Shown here in pieces: positions 1 to 10,672 of a stretch of DNA of 64,000 nt. The first letter of the stretch is position 1. Each line of letters begins with the position of its first letter. The stretch is from a virus, in IMG/VR virus record IMGVR_UViG_3300007512_000011, positions 50,968 through 114,967 of that record. One strand, given 5' to 3'. A model generated the notes under the pieces. That model did not search any database. It saw nothing but the letters and a program-made list of their open reading frames with translations, and had not been told where the DNA came from. The translations under genes and the position numbers were made by a program.

Positions 1-1790
1 CCCTTTGTTGTTGAATCCTTGGCACCTATTGAGCCGGAAATAAAGAGATATGTGTCACCTCCACCTGCTGAATTAGCTCCAAGCATGACCTGATCAGAAC
101 CAGCATCTACGAATACAGCATGTGTCTGATTATCTGATTCTACTCTGAAATCGTTTGTGGCATGACCGTCTTCATTGAAAATCACACCAGCTGAACCTAC
201 TGAGATCGCGACATCATTTGTGTTGTGTATCTTAGTGTCAAAATTAGATTCACCGCGATTTACATGGAAAACATTTGCATTCGCATCAACGAATAGTGCC
301 TGTGTCTCTGATGTAGATTCCACCCTAAAGTCGACGTCTACACCGCCGTCATTAATAATAACAGCATCTTGAGTACCGTCTTCCTTGAGGAAGATCATGT
401 CCCGGCCACCTGCGGCAAAGTATACGTTATCATCTGTGAATCTGATGTAAGTGTCAGAATCACCTTCGTGATAAATGTATTGGCTTGCATGGATATTTCC
501 ACTGATAACAGTGTCTCCACCAAATTCTGTAACTCCTTTTGTCGTTGAATCCTTGCCGCCTATAGATCCTGACACAAAGAATGCGGCATCAACACCTGGT
601 GGAGTGCTAGTTGCGCCGCCGCCTGAAAGGATGTATACAGAACCTGTGTTTAGCGCTATGTAAGTGGTTCCACTGTACTGTAGATCAATGCCCGCTGCAC
701 CATCTAATGTGAGAGCTCCTGCTTTTGTTTCAATCTCTGTGGCGACTGAGGATTCGATGACCTTCGATGCTGAGTTCTTGATGGTTCCTGTTAGAGCAAA
801 ATCAGAAATCGATCCTGAAAAATGAACGTTATCCTCGAAAGTCGTACCCGACACAATCTGTGCAACAACATTTGTGTTGATTGCTAGTGTTACTTCATTT
901 CCAGCTCCGCCGTCTGATATTGTTAATCCTGAATCTGCCTTAAGAACTCTTTCATTTGCTAGGGAGCCTGTTGCGGATATCACAACATACGTTGCACCCT
1001 TGTCAGCTCCACCTGATCCTCCACCAGTAGAGTTTATTGTGATCGCACCGCTAGAACCTGTTGACAGTGTAACATTGTCTCCAGCAACAAGATAGGGAGT
1101 ACCGTCTGTTAGCGCTGTAAGTGATCCACTTAGTCCACTGTTAAACTTTGCTGTCCCAGTTGCTATGAATTCAGAAATTGTGCCTGAAAAATGAACACGG
1201 CTATCAAATAGTGTCGACGAAGCAGAGACGTGAAACTTTGGTCCTTTAATTGCTCCTGTGAGAACAAAACTTGAGACATTTCCAGAAATATGCAAATTAC
1301 TGCTAAATTTCACACCAGCTGTGAAATCAGTTCCAGAAACCAGTGAAGGAATGTCGTTATAGTTAATAGCTAGTGTTACATTGCCGCCAGCACCGGCATC
1401 TGTCATTGCTATACCTGATCCGGCTGCAAGAACTCTTTCATTTGTCATCGAAGCGGTTGCTGCCATGACAACGTACTGAGCTTCACGATCAGCATTCCCG
1501 CCGCCTGTTTGAGCACTTATGTGAATGAAACCTGTAGAGCCTGTTGTGATGATGATATTGTCACCACCCTGAATATAGTCTGTTCCATCCTTTAGACTTG
1601 TGAGTGATCCTGTTATTCCGCCCGAAGCTATTAAGACACCCTTTGTGATAAGATCGCTCTTAAATCCTTCACTGTCAAGACCGATCTGGAGCTTGTTTGG
1701 AGAGATTATTCTGTCAATCTTCTCTGTAAGCTTTTTTTGGAGGACTATAAAGTCACTCTTTTCGAGATCTTTTTTCTTTTCAGAAGGCAT
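1..1790 (-). CDS. Tail fibre / long virion fibre protein, runs off the window start (absent from the ORF track)
   Basis: ATG at 1790 (MPSEKKKDLEKSDFIVLQ...), open frame to position 1. Gly/Ser/Thr-rich with internal repeats (GSLTxLxDGTxY...NERVL twice; SGSIGxKDSTTKG twice). Shares the DGHATNDFRVESDN module with 1892..3772. Late-type motif at 1839-1846. Confidence 0.75.
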   Translation of the reverse strand, partial: MPSEKKKDLEKSDFIVLQKKLTEKIDRIISPNKLQIGLDSEGFKSDLITKGVLIASGGITGSLTSLKDGTDYIQGGDNIIITTGSTGFIHISAQTGGGNADREAQYVVMAATASMTNERVLAAGSGIAMTDAGAGGNVTLAINYNDIPSLVSGTDFTAGVKFSSNLHISGNVSSFVLTGAIKGPKFHVSASSTLFDSRVHFSGTISEFIATGTAKFNSGLSGSLTALTDGTPYLVAGDNVTLSTGSSGAITINSTGGGSGGADKGATYVVISATGSLANERVLKADSGLTISDGGAGNEVTLAINTNVVAQIVSGTTFEDNVHFSGSISDFALTGTIKNSASKVIESSVATEIETKAGALTLDGAAGIDLQYSGTTYIALNTGSVYILSGGGATSTPPGVDAAFFVSGSIGGKDSTTKGVTEFGGDTVISGNIHASQYIYHEGDSDTYIRFTDDNVYFAAGGRDMIFLKEDGTQDAVIINDGGVDVDFRVESTSETQALFVDANANVFHVNRGESNFDTKIHNTNDVAISVGSAGVIFNEDGHATNDFRVESDNQTHAVFVDAGSDQVMLGANSAGGGDTYLFISGSIGAKDSTTK

Positions 1791-1891
1791 TTAACTTATC
1801 TTAAACTCTGGTATCACGAAGACGGCACACTACCAGCAATAAATATTCTGGTAAGCTGATAAGTCGAATCAGACCTTAAATCATGCTGTAA

Positions 1892-3772
1892 TTAAATGCC
1901 GACATACTTGTCAATAATTGCCCAACCGTTTCCAGCACCGAGACAGATTAAAGTATGGCTAGTTTGATTTTCAATGCTTCCTATATTAGATGCTGCTCCG
2001 TCGATGACTGCACCATTTCTTGCTATTGTCAATGAGTTGCCACCGCCGCTTCCCCCTGAGTCGAGTCTTTTTATGATGTATTTTCTTCCTACAATTGCAT
2101 CTGCTGCTGGTGGTAATGTTAGTGTTACATTGCCTCCATTACAATCTGCAATTGCTACAGTGTGAGTCTCATCAAGTGCATGATTGCTAGCAAAGCTTGA
2201 GACCAGAAAACCAACAGATCCGCTAACCTGGAGTGTTGAACCTGGATTTGGAGCATTGATCCCAACTCTTCCAGATCCTGTGACAACTAAAAGATCAACG
2301 TAGCTATCAGAGCGAAGAGAGAGGAGGTTATCAGTATCTGTGCCAACAATCTGTACAGTCGCTGTTGGACTGTCGGTTCCAAACCCGAATGTTCCTTCAC
2401 TTTCATCAAAATAGAAACCCGTCGTTGTATTGTTACCGTATAGATGAAAGTCTCGATTCGTTGTGTCAAGCTTGTTTTTGCCGGAATGAGCCATCAACGT
2501 CATGAAAGCGTCACTATTCGTGGTAGTGCCCATCATCAGCTTGAGCCCGCCGCCAACCTCGAGATCTATCCGATAGTTACTAGTCGTATCATCAAGACGT
2601 AAAACAGAATCCGCGCCCACTATGTGTAGGATTTCTGCTGGAGAACCTGTTCCAATTCCAAGATTGCCCGATACAACTAGATCTCCGCCAAAGGCTGCGT
2701 GATTAATAGTTCCGCCGATTGCACCAGACACGAACCAGTTCACGTCTGATCCTGGTGTACCTTCCTTAAAGAAGGATACAGTGTCTAAGGTTGGGTCTAT
2801 ATTAAGAACATGAATCTCAGCAGATGTGTCGACTCTCATTCCGTACATAGAGTAAAAAGTTCCACTACTAAATAAATCTCCTCCAAAGACTGATGTTCCT
2901 CTAGCAGTAGTTCCTCGAGACGATATTGAACCTGAGACAAGGAAGTTTGTATCGGTTCCGGAAACTGTGTTGGATGCTATGGAAATCGAATCATTTCCCG
3001 CATCTACAAATAGCATGTGATTATTATTGTCACTTTCTACACGAAAATCATTTGTAGCATGTCCGTCGTCGTTTAAAACTACACCGGCAGAATTTACTGT
3101 AAGTGCTAGATCATTTGTATTGTGAATTTTTGTTTGGAAATTTGACTCACCATGATTAATGTGAAATACTTCATTGCCAGCGTGGAGATATAAAGCTTTT
3201 GTTTCATTAGGCGATTCTACTATAAAATCAACATCGGCGGCATTATCATTAAAAGTAATTTTATCTTGGGAACCATCTTCTACTATCGAAACAAAAGTAA
3301 CGCCGCCAGCAACTAATTCCATTTGATCATTAGCCGGCATTCCAATGTATGTGTCACCATCCCCTCGACGTTTTAGATAATCCCTAAAACTTAAATCACC
3401 ATTAACTGTGAGTGCCTCTACTTGTGTCGGAATTCCACCTGCTGATGTTTCACCGATTGCAACTTTTCCATCACCCCGGACCCTGAACACTGTTGTTATC
3501 CCAGATTCCACATCAAATAAATTTGTTCCAGTTCCACTTCCATCACTGGTTACCTTTAGTCCGTGACCTTGACTATTTTGATCATTGTCAATAACAGCCG
3601 CATATTTGCCTGAAAGACTGGTGTATAAATCTAAAGCCGGGCTAGATTCAGCTCCTGAAACTACCATGCTTCCTGTTACAATTACAGTTCCATTACCACA
3701 ATCAGTACCGCTTACAATAATTCCTTGGTTAAACCGCAGGGTGGTGATACCGAAGTTTCTCTTTGTTGCCAC
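1892..3772 (-). CDS. Tail fibre protein
   Basis: Repeated fibre-type motifs (GNLGIGTGSP, GRVGINAPNPGSTLQVSGS, DFRVESD); C-terminal 'VTLTLPPA...GRKYIIKR' fibre domain; paralogous to 1..1790. Confidence 0.75.
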   Translation of the reverse strand: MATKRNFGITTLRFNQGIIVSGTDCGNGTVIVTGSMVVSGAESSPALDLYTSLSGKYAAVIDNDQNSQGHGLKVTSDGSGTGTNLFDVESGITTVFRVRGDGKVAIGETSAGGIPTQVEALTVNGDLSFRDYLKRRGDGDTYIGMPANDQMELVAGGVTFVSIVEDGSQDKITFNDNAADVDFIVESPNETKALYLHAGNEVFHINHGESNFQTKIHNTNDLALTVNSAGVVLNDDGHATNDFRVESDNNNHMLFVDAGNDSISIASNTVSGTDTNFLVSGSISSRGTTARGTSVFGGDLFSSGTFYSMYGMRVDTSAEIHVLNIDPTLDTVSFFKEGTPGSDVNWFVSGAIGGTINHAAFGGDLVVSGNLGIGTGSPAEILHIVGADSVLRLDDTTSNYRIDLEVGGGLKLMMGTTTNSDAFMTLMAHSGKNKLDTTNRDFHLYGNNTTTGFYFDESEGTFGFGTDSPTATVQIVGTDTDNLLSLRSDSYVDLLVVTGSGRVGINAPNPGSTLQVSGSVGFLVSSFASNHALDETHTVAIADCNGGNVTLTLPPAADAIVGRKYIIKRLDSGGSGGGNSLTIARNGAVIDGAASNIGSIENQTSHTLICLGAGNGWAIIDKYVGI

Positions 3773-3846
3773 AAAAACCTCACAGCGCTATGACACATGC
3801 GCAATATATTAAATATCACAGAGGTTATTAATTGGGCCGGCTATTA

Positions 3847-4791
3847 TTATTCAGTGTCCATACAGTATATCGGCTCATTCTTAACAGCATTAAGAAGATT
3901 CGGTAAATCTAAGCCGGCACAATCTTTTTTTGACTTAGTGAAATTATAATGATTACAGAATCCATGAAACTTTCCCCTCTCGCAGTCTTTGTGAACACCT
4001 GTTTCAATATGCCCGTTTGAATTTTTAGGATACTCTAGAGGAATTCCGTGGCCAATGTGGATAGCCTTCCATAGGGCCTTTAACGCTTCAAGTTGCACTG
4101 GGTAAAAATCCAAAAAGGGATCTAATTTCTTTCCGTGAACCCAGGCATTCTCCTGTATCGGCCTCTCCCCGAAGCCATGGTTGACATACCAATCTTGATA
4201 CTTGAGATAGTACGCATTTGATATCTCAACTCCAATCCCTTTTGTGTTTCCTCCTTCAAATCGAGGTATGCCAGCATGCCATGCTTTATGCTGGGTATCT
4301 AGCATCTGAAAGATTGTTCCATCATTATCGATAAGAAAATGAACTGATACCTTGCGGTTATTTAAAACTCTCGCACAAGACTCTGCGCTGAGACATACGT
4401 CCCAGTGGTTTACAAAGAATGTCGGTTTTCGATCGGGTTTCCCAGAATAATCAGTGTAGCAACCTTTTTTCGATTTAAACCCACTGGGCTCATCCCAAAG
4501 AATGACATTATTCCACTCGATCGGAATAAATGATCCGTTGTGGACAATGTGTTTGTCACCAGAAGTAGATACATGTCTTCTTGACTTGTAAGATGAAATA
4601 TTTGCCTCTCTCTCTGTCCAAATCCTTCTGTACGTCGCAGGACCCACTAAGCCATCTGCTGTTAAACCATTTTTTTTCTGCCACTTCTGAACTGCTTTTA
4701 CCAGGTTGACATCAAATTCATCACAGCCGAACCACGCGGGATTCCACCCAAGACTGGCTGCGCTTGAACTATTGTAAAAATCCTTATCCAT
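3847..4791 (-). CDS. N-acetylmuramoyl-L-alanine amidase (Amidase_2) with N-terminal peptidoglycan-binding domain; probable endolysin
   Basis: AVQKWQKKNGLTADGLVGPAT (PG_binding_1); SVHFLIDNDGTIFQ...AWHAG...GIGVEI...H...K.DC (Zn amidase). Confidence 0.85.
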   Translation of the reverse strand: MDKDFYNSSSAASLGWNPAWFGCDEFDVNLVKAVQKWQKKNGLTADGLVGPATYRRIWTEREANISSYKSRRHVSTSGDKHIVHNGSFIPIEWNNVILWDEPSGFKSKKGCYTDYSGKPDRKPTFFVNHWDVCLSAESCARVLNNRKVSVHFLIDNDGTIFQMLDTQHKAWHAGIPRFEGGNTKGIGVEISNAYYLKYQDWYVNHGFGERPIQENAWVHGKKLDPFLDFYPVQLEALKALWKAIHIGHGIPLEYPKNSNGHIETGVHKDCERGKFHGFCNHYNFTKSKKDCAGLDLPNLLNAVKNEPIYCMDTE

Positions 4792-5218
4792 CTTTATCTG
4801 ATCCTGTATCCTTGAGAGATGCTAGGGATGACCTGTCTTTATATTTTTTCTTAACTTTGTCACTTATAGGAATGGCTTCTCCGTCGCCGTCGACCCTAAG
4901 GTAGGTTATCTCTGTTTCACAAACTGCTTTTTGTGTGCCATTGTATGGGCTGTGCCTGCGAGCTTCAAGTCTAATAATAATAGATGTGTTTCCAACACTT
5001 AAAACCTTACCATATATCTTGATAAGATGACCGGGTCTAACTGGTTTTTTAAAAATGCATTCTGCCATCTTTAGTGTCACCATTCTAGGTGTGTCACAGC
5101 ACTGGCCTGCATATGCTCCACCTGCTTCATCGAGCCATGAAAGCATCACGCCTCCAAATAAATTACCGTGGACACCAATATTTTGCCCCTTGCATATGTG
5201 AGTTGAAATAAGCTCCAT
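4784..5218 (-). CDS. Acyl-CoA thioesterase (HotDog fold, YciA-like)
   Basis: HGNLFGGVMLSWLDEAG, FKKPVRPG and VGNTSI motifs. Confidence 0.85.
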   Translation of the reverse strand: MELISTHICKGQNIGVHGNLFGGVMLSWLDEAGGAYAGQCCDTPRMVTLKMAECIFKKPVRPGHLIKIYGKVLSVGNTSIIIRLEARRHSPYNGTQKAVCETEITYLRVDGDGEAIPISDKVKKKYKDRSSLASLKDTGSDKDG

Positions 5219-5226
5219 TTAAGTAC

Positions 5227-5829
5227 TTATTCAAAGTCTATATCAACAGAAATCTTAATATTGAACTTTGGTACTCTCAGCTGATTTGCAAGACCGTGCT
5301 TTTTAGTCTCGTCGGGATCTAAAAACCAGTCAGCATGTCCTTTTTTATGCACGATTTTCAGAAAATAATCATCTCTCTTGCCACAGTTTCTTGCCATCAT
5401 TGTGTAAACAATGTTGTTTAATCTCTCTGTTTCCTCAGCAGATGCCTTGAGCTCTTCGACCTTTCCCCTTTCCATTGATGATACGTCATGTATCATCACA
5501 GTGGCATTCGGATCCATAAATCTCATTCCATCTGTACCGAAGGAAAACAAGATAGCACCACAAGACATCGCCTTGCCCTCTACAATAGTTGCTATTGGTA
5601 ATTCTGAATGCTTTACTGCGCTAATCATTGACATCAAGCTATAGACTTGACCGCCGTATGAATCAATTACGACTGGAATGACTTTTTGACCAGTGTTGTG
5701 AGCCTGTGCAATCTCCTGGCTAAATGTCTTTGCAGCATCTTCATCGAACTTATTGACTCGAATTATAACAGGATTTTTTCTTAGCTCAACTTCTTTTATT
5801 TCTGGTGATATTTCTGTTGTCCACTTCAC
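5227..5829 (-). CDS. ClpP-like serine protease
   Basis: IDSYGGQV, GKAMSCG (catalytic Ser), MIHD (His), DWFLDPDE..KHGL. Confidence 0.85.
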   Translation of the reverse strand: MKWTTEISPEIKEVELRKNPVIIRVNKFDEDAAKTFSQEIAQAHNTGQKVIPVVIDSYGGQVYSLMSMISAVKHSELPIATIVEGKAMSCGAILFSFGTDGMRFMDPNATVMIHDVSSMERGKVEELKASAEETERLNNIVYTMMARNCGKRDDYFLKIVHKKGHADWFLDPDETKKHGLANQLRVPKFNIKISVDIDFE

Positions 5830-5841
5830 ACTTTTCTCACT

Positions 5842-8307
5842 TTAACCGCACTTAGAAGAACCGCACGATTTACATGTAACACATCCTTCCTGGTAAATAA
5901 GCGAACGTTCAGCATGACAGGTATCACAAACCTTATCCTCATGTGCTCTCTCACCATTCTTAATGTAACTTTTCAACACCCTTGCTACAACCCGAGAAAA
6001 AGAAAATAAATCAGCGTCCTTATCCTTTTGTAGCTGTTCAACAATGTAGTGAATTGGCGCACCGTGGCGTAATGCCAGTGAAATTGTTCTAGTAAACCCA
6101 GCATGATTGGGATTGTCAAAGACAGAAACAACATCTTTAATCACAAACTCATCACCATTTTTTCCAATTCTTAAATCGTATATAGAATTTTTTGTCTTTC
6201 TTGGGTGCTTAACAATAATTCCAAAAGAGTGTTTCTTTGGTATTTCAATGTACTTTTGGAGACCACCAATTACCTCATAAGGTCTTCCGCCGAGCAAGCC
6301 CACAAGGATTGTCCAGGCTTCACCCTTAATTGTGGCATGATGAATATTACAAGGTAGCTCACTGGGCCTGACGGGTGCATCGTGTGTTTTAAATCTAGTT
6401 TTCTTCTTTCGACTTCCTGAGACTAGCACACCAGATCTGCACCCATCTCGATAAACAGTCACACCTTTGCATCCGGATCTCCACCCCGTTATATAGATCT
6501 CCTTAACCGTCTCAACATCAGTATCAGTAGGAATATTTGTGGTATTTGAAATTGCATGACATACCCACTTCTGGGCAGCTGCTTGCATTCTTACCTTATT
6601 GATCCAGTTAATTTCATTGGCAGTAGATTTATGATACGGAGACTTAGATGGATCATCCTCATTTCCTGTGATATTCATCCACTGTTTGTACCCGTGGTGA
6701 TACACATTATACTCCTGCCACTTGTCTCCGACATCATCGATAAAATCTACACTAGCATTGACATCCTGACCAGTTATTTTCTTTCTACGTGTGTAGCTAA
6801 GAAGATATGCAGGTTCAATTCCGCTTGTTGTCTGCGTAAGGGTTGACACAGATCCTGCAGGAGCTGTGGTTGTCAATGCGATATTTCTACGTCCGTGTCG
6901 CTTACACATTTCATAAACGTCAGGTGCTGCCTTCCACACTCTGCGCAAAAACTCATGATCCTCTTCTCGTGAATGGTCATGAACTGGAAATGAACCCCTC
7001 TCTTCTGCAAGATGACATGAAGATCTATATGCATTAATGCACAGCGTCTTATAAATTTTTTCAACAATCTTAATAGACTTATCAGACCCATACTCAACTC
7101 CCAAAGAAGCGAGTGTATCTCCTACAGCAGTTACTCCTAATCCCGTGCGACGACCTTTGAGTGCCATATCCTTAATCTTTACCCAGAGATTTTTCTCAAT
7201 TGCCTTGACCTCGTCGGTCTCCGGATCTGCATCAATCTTAGCCAAAATTTTATCGACCTGCTCAATTTCAAGATCAATCATATCATCCATGAGCCTTTGT
7301 GCTTTTTGAGTTACCTCAGACATACCCTCAAAATCAAATTTTGAATCTGAGCCATATGGATTTAAAACAAACGAAGATAGATTTATTAGCATTAATCTAC
7401 ATGAATCATATGGGCTCAAAATTATTTCACCGCAAGGGTTGGTTGAAGTTGACCCAAATCCAATATCTGCATAGGCATCAGAGGGTGTGAGATTGATTGC
7501 ATTATCCCAAAAGAGCAATCCAGGCTCTGCAGAAGCATGTGCTGACGAAACTATCTCATGCCAGATCTCTCTTGCATCATCCATTACAGTTATTTGTGGA
7601 GAATCTTCATCTACTGGAAAGCGTAACTCAACATCACTTCCCTTTTCCACTGCCTTCATAAATTCATCAGACAGTCTTATCGAAATATTGGCGCCTGTAA
7701 CACGATCAAGTTTTCGCTTAATCTTAATAAAATCTCGAATTTGTGGATGATGGACAGATATTGTCAGCATTAATGCACCGCGTCTTCCACCTTGCGCGAC
7801 TTCTCGACATGAATTAGAATATCTGTCCATAAATACTTCAATTCCATCAGTTGTCTTTGCTGCATTACCAGTCCCAAGACCCTTGGGCCGAATTGTGCTA
7901 AGATCAAAGCCCACGCCGCCGCGGCGCTTTGCAATCTGAACCAGCTCCTGATCTGTCTTTAGTATTCCGCCGTAAGAATCACGTGGCGACTCTATGACAA
8001 AGCAATTGGATAATGATTGAATAAAGTGATCATTTCCAATGCCTGACATCGGACTTCCCTGTGGAACAATATATGTGAAATTCTTGAAGAGGCTGTAGAT
8101 TTCTTCTTCTGTCATTGGGTTGGGATACTTTTTCTCAATTCTGGCAAATTCTGAAGCTAAGCGTCGGTGCATATCATCAGGTGTGACTTCGAGATAATCT
8201 CCCTCCTTGTCACAGAGAGCATACTTTGTCGCAAAAACATTTGCTGCAAGATTATCATCACCAAAATATTCCAAACTTCTTCTGATAACTTCATCAAACT
8301 CTGCCAC
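5842..8307 (-). CDS. nrdJ: Class II (adenosylcobalamin-dependent) ribonucleotide reductase
   Basis: SLSNCFV, RRGGVG, GGRRGA, TNPCGE, RRTGLG, TTAPAGS, TSGIEP, GCKGVTVYRDG; C-terminal extension ending in CxxC...CxxCGxSKC; no beta subunit nearby. Confidence 0.9.
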   Translation of the reverse strand: MAEFDEVIRRSLEYFGDDNLAANVFATKYALCDKEGDYLEVTPDDMHRRLASEFARIEKKYPNPMTEEEIYSLFKNFTYIVPQGSPMSGIGNDHFIQSLSNCFVIESPRDSYGGILKTDQELVQIAKRRGGVGFDLSTIRPKGLGTGNAAKTTDGIEVFMDRYSNSCREVAQGGRRGALMLTISVHHPQIRDFIKIKRKLDRVTGANISIRLSDEFMKAVEKGSDVELRFPVDEDSPQITVMDDAREIWHEIVSSAHASAEPGLLFWDNAINLTPSDAYADIGFGSTSTNPCGEIILSPYDSCRLMLINLSSFVLNPYGSDSKFDFEGMSEVTQKAQRLMDDMIDLEIEQVDKILAKIDADPETDEVKAIEKNLWVKIKDMALKGRRTGLGVTAVGDTLASLGVEYGSDKSIKIVEKIYKTLCINAYRSSCHLAEERGSFPVHDHSREEDHEFLRRVWKAAPDVYEMCKRHGRRNIALTTTAPAGSVSTLTQTTSGIEPAYLLSYTRRKKITGQDVNASVDFIDDVGDKWQEYNVYHHGYKQWMNITGNEDDPSKSPYHKSTANEINWINKVRMQAAAQKWVCHAISNTTNIPTDTDVETVKEIYITGWRSGCKGVTVYRDGCRSGVLVSGSRKKKTRFKTHDAPVRPSELPCNIHHATIKGEAWTILVGLLGGRPYEVIGGLQKYIEIPKKHSFGIIVKHPRKTKNSIYDLRIGKNGDEFVIKDVVSVFDNPNHAGFTRTISLALRHGAPIHYIVEQLQKDKDADLFSFSRVVARVLKSYIKNGERAHEDKVCDTCHAERSLIYQEGCVTCKSCGSSKCG

Positions 8308-8330
8308 AATTTCTCCAATTAAAACGGCCT

Positions 8331-9701
8331 TTAGCCTTCATTTATTTCTTTCCATTTGCTTCGCAGCAAACCTTTCATCGCGTCTCGGTCAGATGACATT
8401 ATCTCATTCAAGGACATTTCAGCGTCTTCTTCTAAAATAACTAATTTAGACCTTGACGTATCGAGATTTATCGGAAACAAAATTCCATCTCGGCCCGCTC
8501 TATTTTTTGCAATGAATAGTCGACCAGCTCCCGAGGCCTTTTCTATTGGCTTACGAGAAAGGGATAATACAACATCTGCAACCATTGCCTTGCCATATGC
8601 CTCTGACATGTTCTCTAAACCCACCACTGAAGAATTTGCCGATTCTCGATTTGCCTGTGATGCTGTCCAAATCGGTATATTCATATCCATTGCCAAATTT
8701 CTCAATTCTTCATAAATCAATTTGAGCTCATGCCTTAAATTTTCATACTTTCTGGACGATCTCATGATGTCTGCGTAATCAATAATTATCAAACTTGGAG
8801 CAAAAGACTTGAGTAAAACCTTCTCAATATGGTTTCTCAAAGTCATCACAGAGGCAGACCCGGTTGGAAAGGACTTTATAATTAATCGACCCAAGTCTGA
8901 TCCCTCATATTTCTTTAAAACTTCATCTTTTCGATCAATGACCTCATGGCTAGGAACATCTGTCAAGTTCGAATCATATCTCAATCCAACTGCTGTTTCT
9001 GACAACTCAAATGTGTAGTGAATCACATTCTTACCTACCCTTAATGCTTCACATCCTGTGTGAACCAGAAAGTGAGACTTGCCCACACCAGTGTTGGCAA
9101 TGATCACGCCTATCTCCCCCCTTCCTAGCCCACCATTTAAAACTGTCTTCTTGTCAAGATGAGCTAATCCTGTCGGGCATGTTATTCTTGAAATCGTTTC
9201 AAATCTAGCACTAGCGTCTATAAAAAAATCATGACCAAGGCTCGAGGGAGTTCCTACTGCCAAGGCATCCTTCATTAAATCAACAACACATTCATATTTG
9301 TCTGTAGAAACCATTTCAACCGCTTTTTCAAGTGCTGCTCGAAGTGCCTGTTTCCGACAAAAATCAAGTGTCTTATCTTTTACAAATTGTAAGTCTCCAA
9401 CATCAGGATTCGTCTTAATTCGGTGCAGAAAATCTACGATCTGATCTCGTAAGAGAATGTCTGCACCCTCCTTTAGATCATCTCTCACTATTGTTATAAG
9501 CAGAGAGAGTGTCGGAAATGCCTTGTATTTTAGATAATAGTTGAAATATCTCTCAGTAAGATACCTGAGATATTTTACATCAAAGTACTCCGGAGTCATC
9601 ATCTCAGTCATTTGTGCTGACCATTTTTGATCAGTCAAAAAACACTGAAAAATCTTTTCTTCGAAGCTTTTTCCGTACTGTTTAAAGTGTGCAACAGGCA
9701 T
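8331..9701 (-). CDS. Replicative DNA helicase (DnaB / T4 gp41-like)
   Basis: Walker A ANTGVGKS, IIIDYAD, WTASQANR, IAKNRAG. Confidence 0.9.
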   Translation of the reverse strand: MPVAHFKQYGKSFEEKIFQCFLTDQKWSAQMTEMMTPEYFDVKYLRYLTERYFNYYLKYKAFPTLSLLITIVRDDLKEGADILLRDQIVDFLHRIKTNPDVGDLQFVKDKTLDFCRKQALRAALEKAVEMVSTDKYECVVDLMKDALAVGTPSSLGHDFFIDASARFETISRITCPTGLAHLDKKTVLNGGLGRGEIGVIIANTGVGKSHFLVHTGCEALRVGKNVIHYTFELSETAVGLRYDSNLTDVPSHEVIDRKDEVLKKYEGSDLGRLIIKSFPTGSASVMTLRNHIEKVLLKSFAPSLIIIDYADIMRSSRKYENLRHELKLIYEELRNLAMDMNIPIWTASQANRESANSSVVGLENMSEAYGKAMVADVVLSLSRKPIEKASGAGRLFIAKNRAGRDGILFPINLDTSRSKLVILEEDAEMSLNEIMSSDRDAMKGLLRSKWKEINEG

Positions 9702-10672
9702 TAAGATTTCTTTGTGCTGATGTAATTTAGAGCCAAAAATACTCTATCAACATTAAATGTCTGAATGCCTTCGTGCAAAAACATTCTCATCATCTGCATT
9801 TTATTCTTGGCTGGGCTGAAAGTATCAACAGTTTCGTTTATTCTTTTAATTTGCGATGCAGCAAGGTTAGAGGTGTCTAGATAAATTAGCTTCCAGTTTC
9901 TCTCTATTTTCGCCTTCGAACTAATAATTCTTTGAAAAACCTTCACCTTACTACCTTCCTGAATAGCTTTTTCAGCTTGCTCAACTATCTGATTGACATT
10001 TATGCTTTGCTTTCCAGCTAGATCTGGAAATCTCTTGGCCACAGTTTTAAACCCAGCACCTTTTACTCCGTCTATATTGTCTGATGCGTCACCACAGATT
10101 GATTTTGCTAGACAAAAATTGGTAGGTGATATTTTAAACTTTTCTGTAACCTCCTTTGAGGTTACCATCTTTTTCCATGTGGGTGAGTAAATAATAGTCT
10201 TGGAGTCTAGAAGTTGGTAAAAATCATGATCAGATGAAACCACAAGCTTTCTCTTATTTGGAAACTTATATCGACACAGGTACCCTATAACATCGTCTGC
10301 TTCACACTCTGGAACGTAGATCTGGCAAATAGGGATATTTCCAATAAGTGAGACCAGAGTTGAAATTTGATGATTTCTATTTTGGACTGTATCAGGCAGG
10401 TCTTTCTCATAATACCTGTTAAGCTTTGCGGGTCTCCTGTGCTGTTTATACTCTTTAAAAATCGCCCGCTTTCGAGTTGATCCGCCACCTTCCCATACAA
10501 TAATTGTTTGCTCTGGCTTATATCGCTCAATCAGATCAACAACAGCATAGAGAAATCCAACAATTCCACCAACGTGACCACCATTAGCGTTGACAGCAGG
10601 ATGTGCAACATAGTGCCTTGTAAACAAATTCAAGGCATCTACAATTAGAATTACCCGGCCTTCATCGGTCAA
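9701..10672 (-). CDS. 5'-3' exonuclease / flap endonuclease (PolI N-terminal domain, T4 RNase H-like)
   Basis: IVDALNL, EYKQHR, EADDVIG, SSDHDFYQL, GDASDNIDGVKGAGFKT (helix-hairpin-helix). Confidence 0.9.
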   Translation of the reverse strand: MTDEGRVILIVDALNLFTRHYVAHPAVNANGGHVGGIVGFLYAVVDLIERYKPEQTIIVWEGGGSTRKRAIFKEYKQHRRPAKLNRYYEKDLPDTVQNRNHQISTLVSLIGNIPICQIYVPECEADDVIGYLCRYKFPNKRKLVVSSDHDFYQLLDSKTIIYSPTWKKMVTSKEVTEKFKISPTNFCLAKSICGDASDNIDGVKGAGFKTVAKRFPDLAGKQSINVNQIVEQAEKAIQEGSKVKVFQRIISSKAKIERNWKLIYLDTSNLAASQIKRINETVDTFSPAKNKMQMMRMFLHEGIQTFNVDRVFLALNYISTKKS

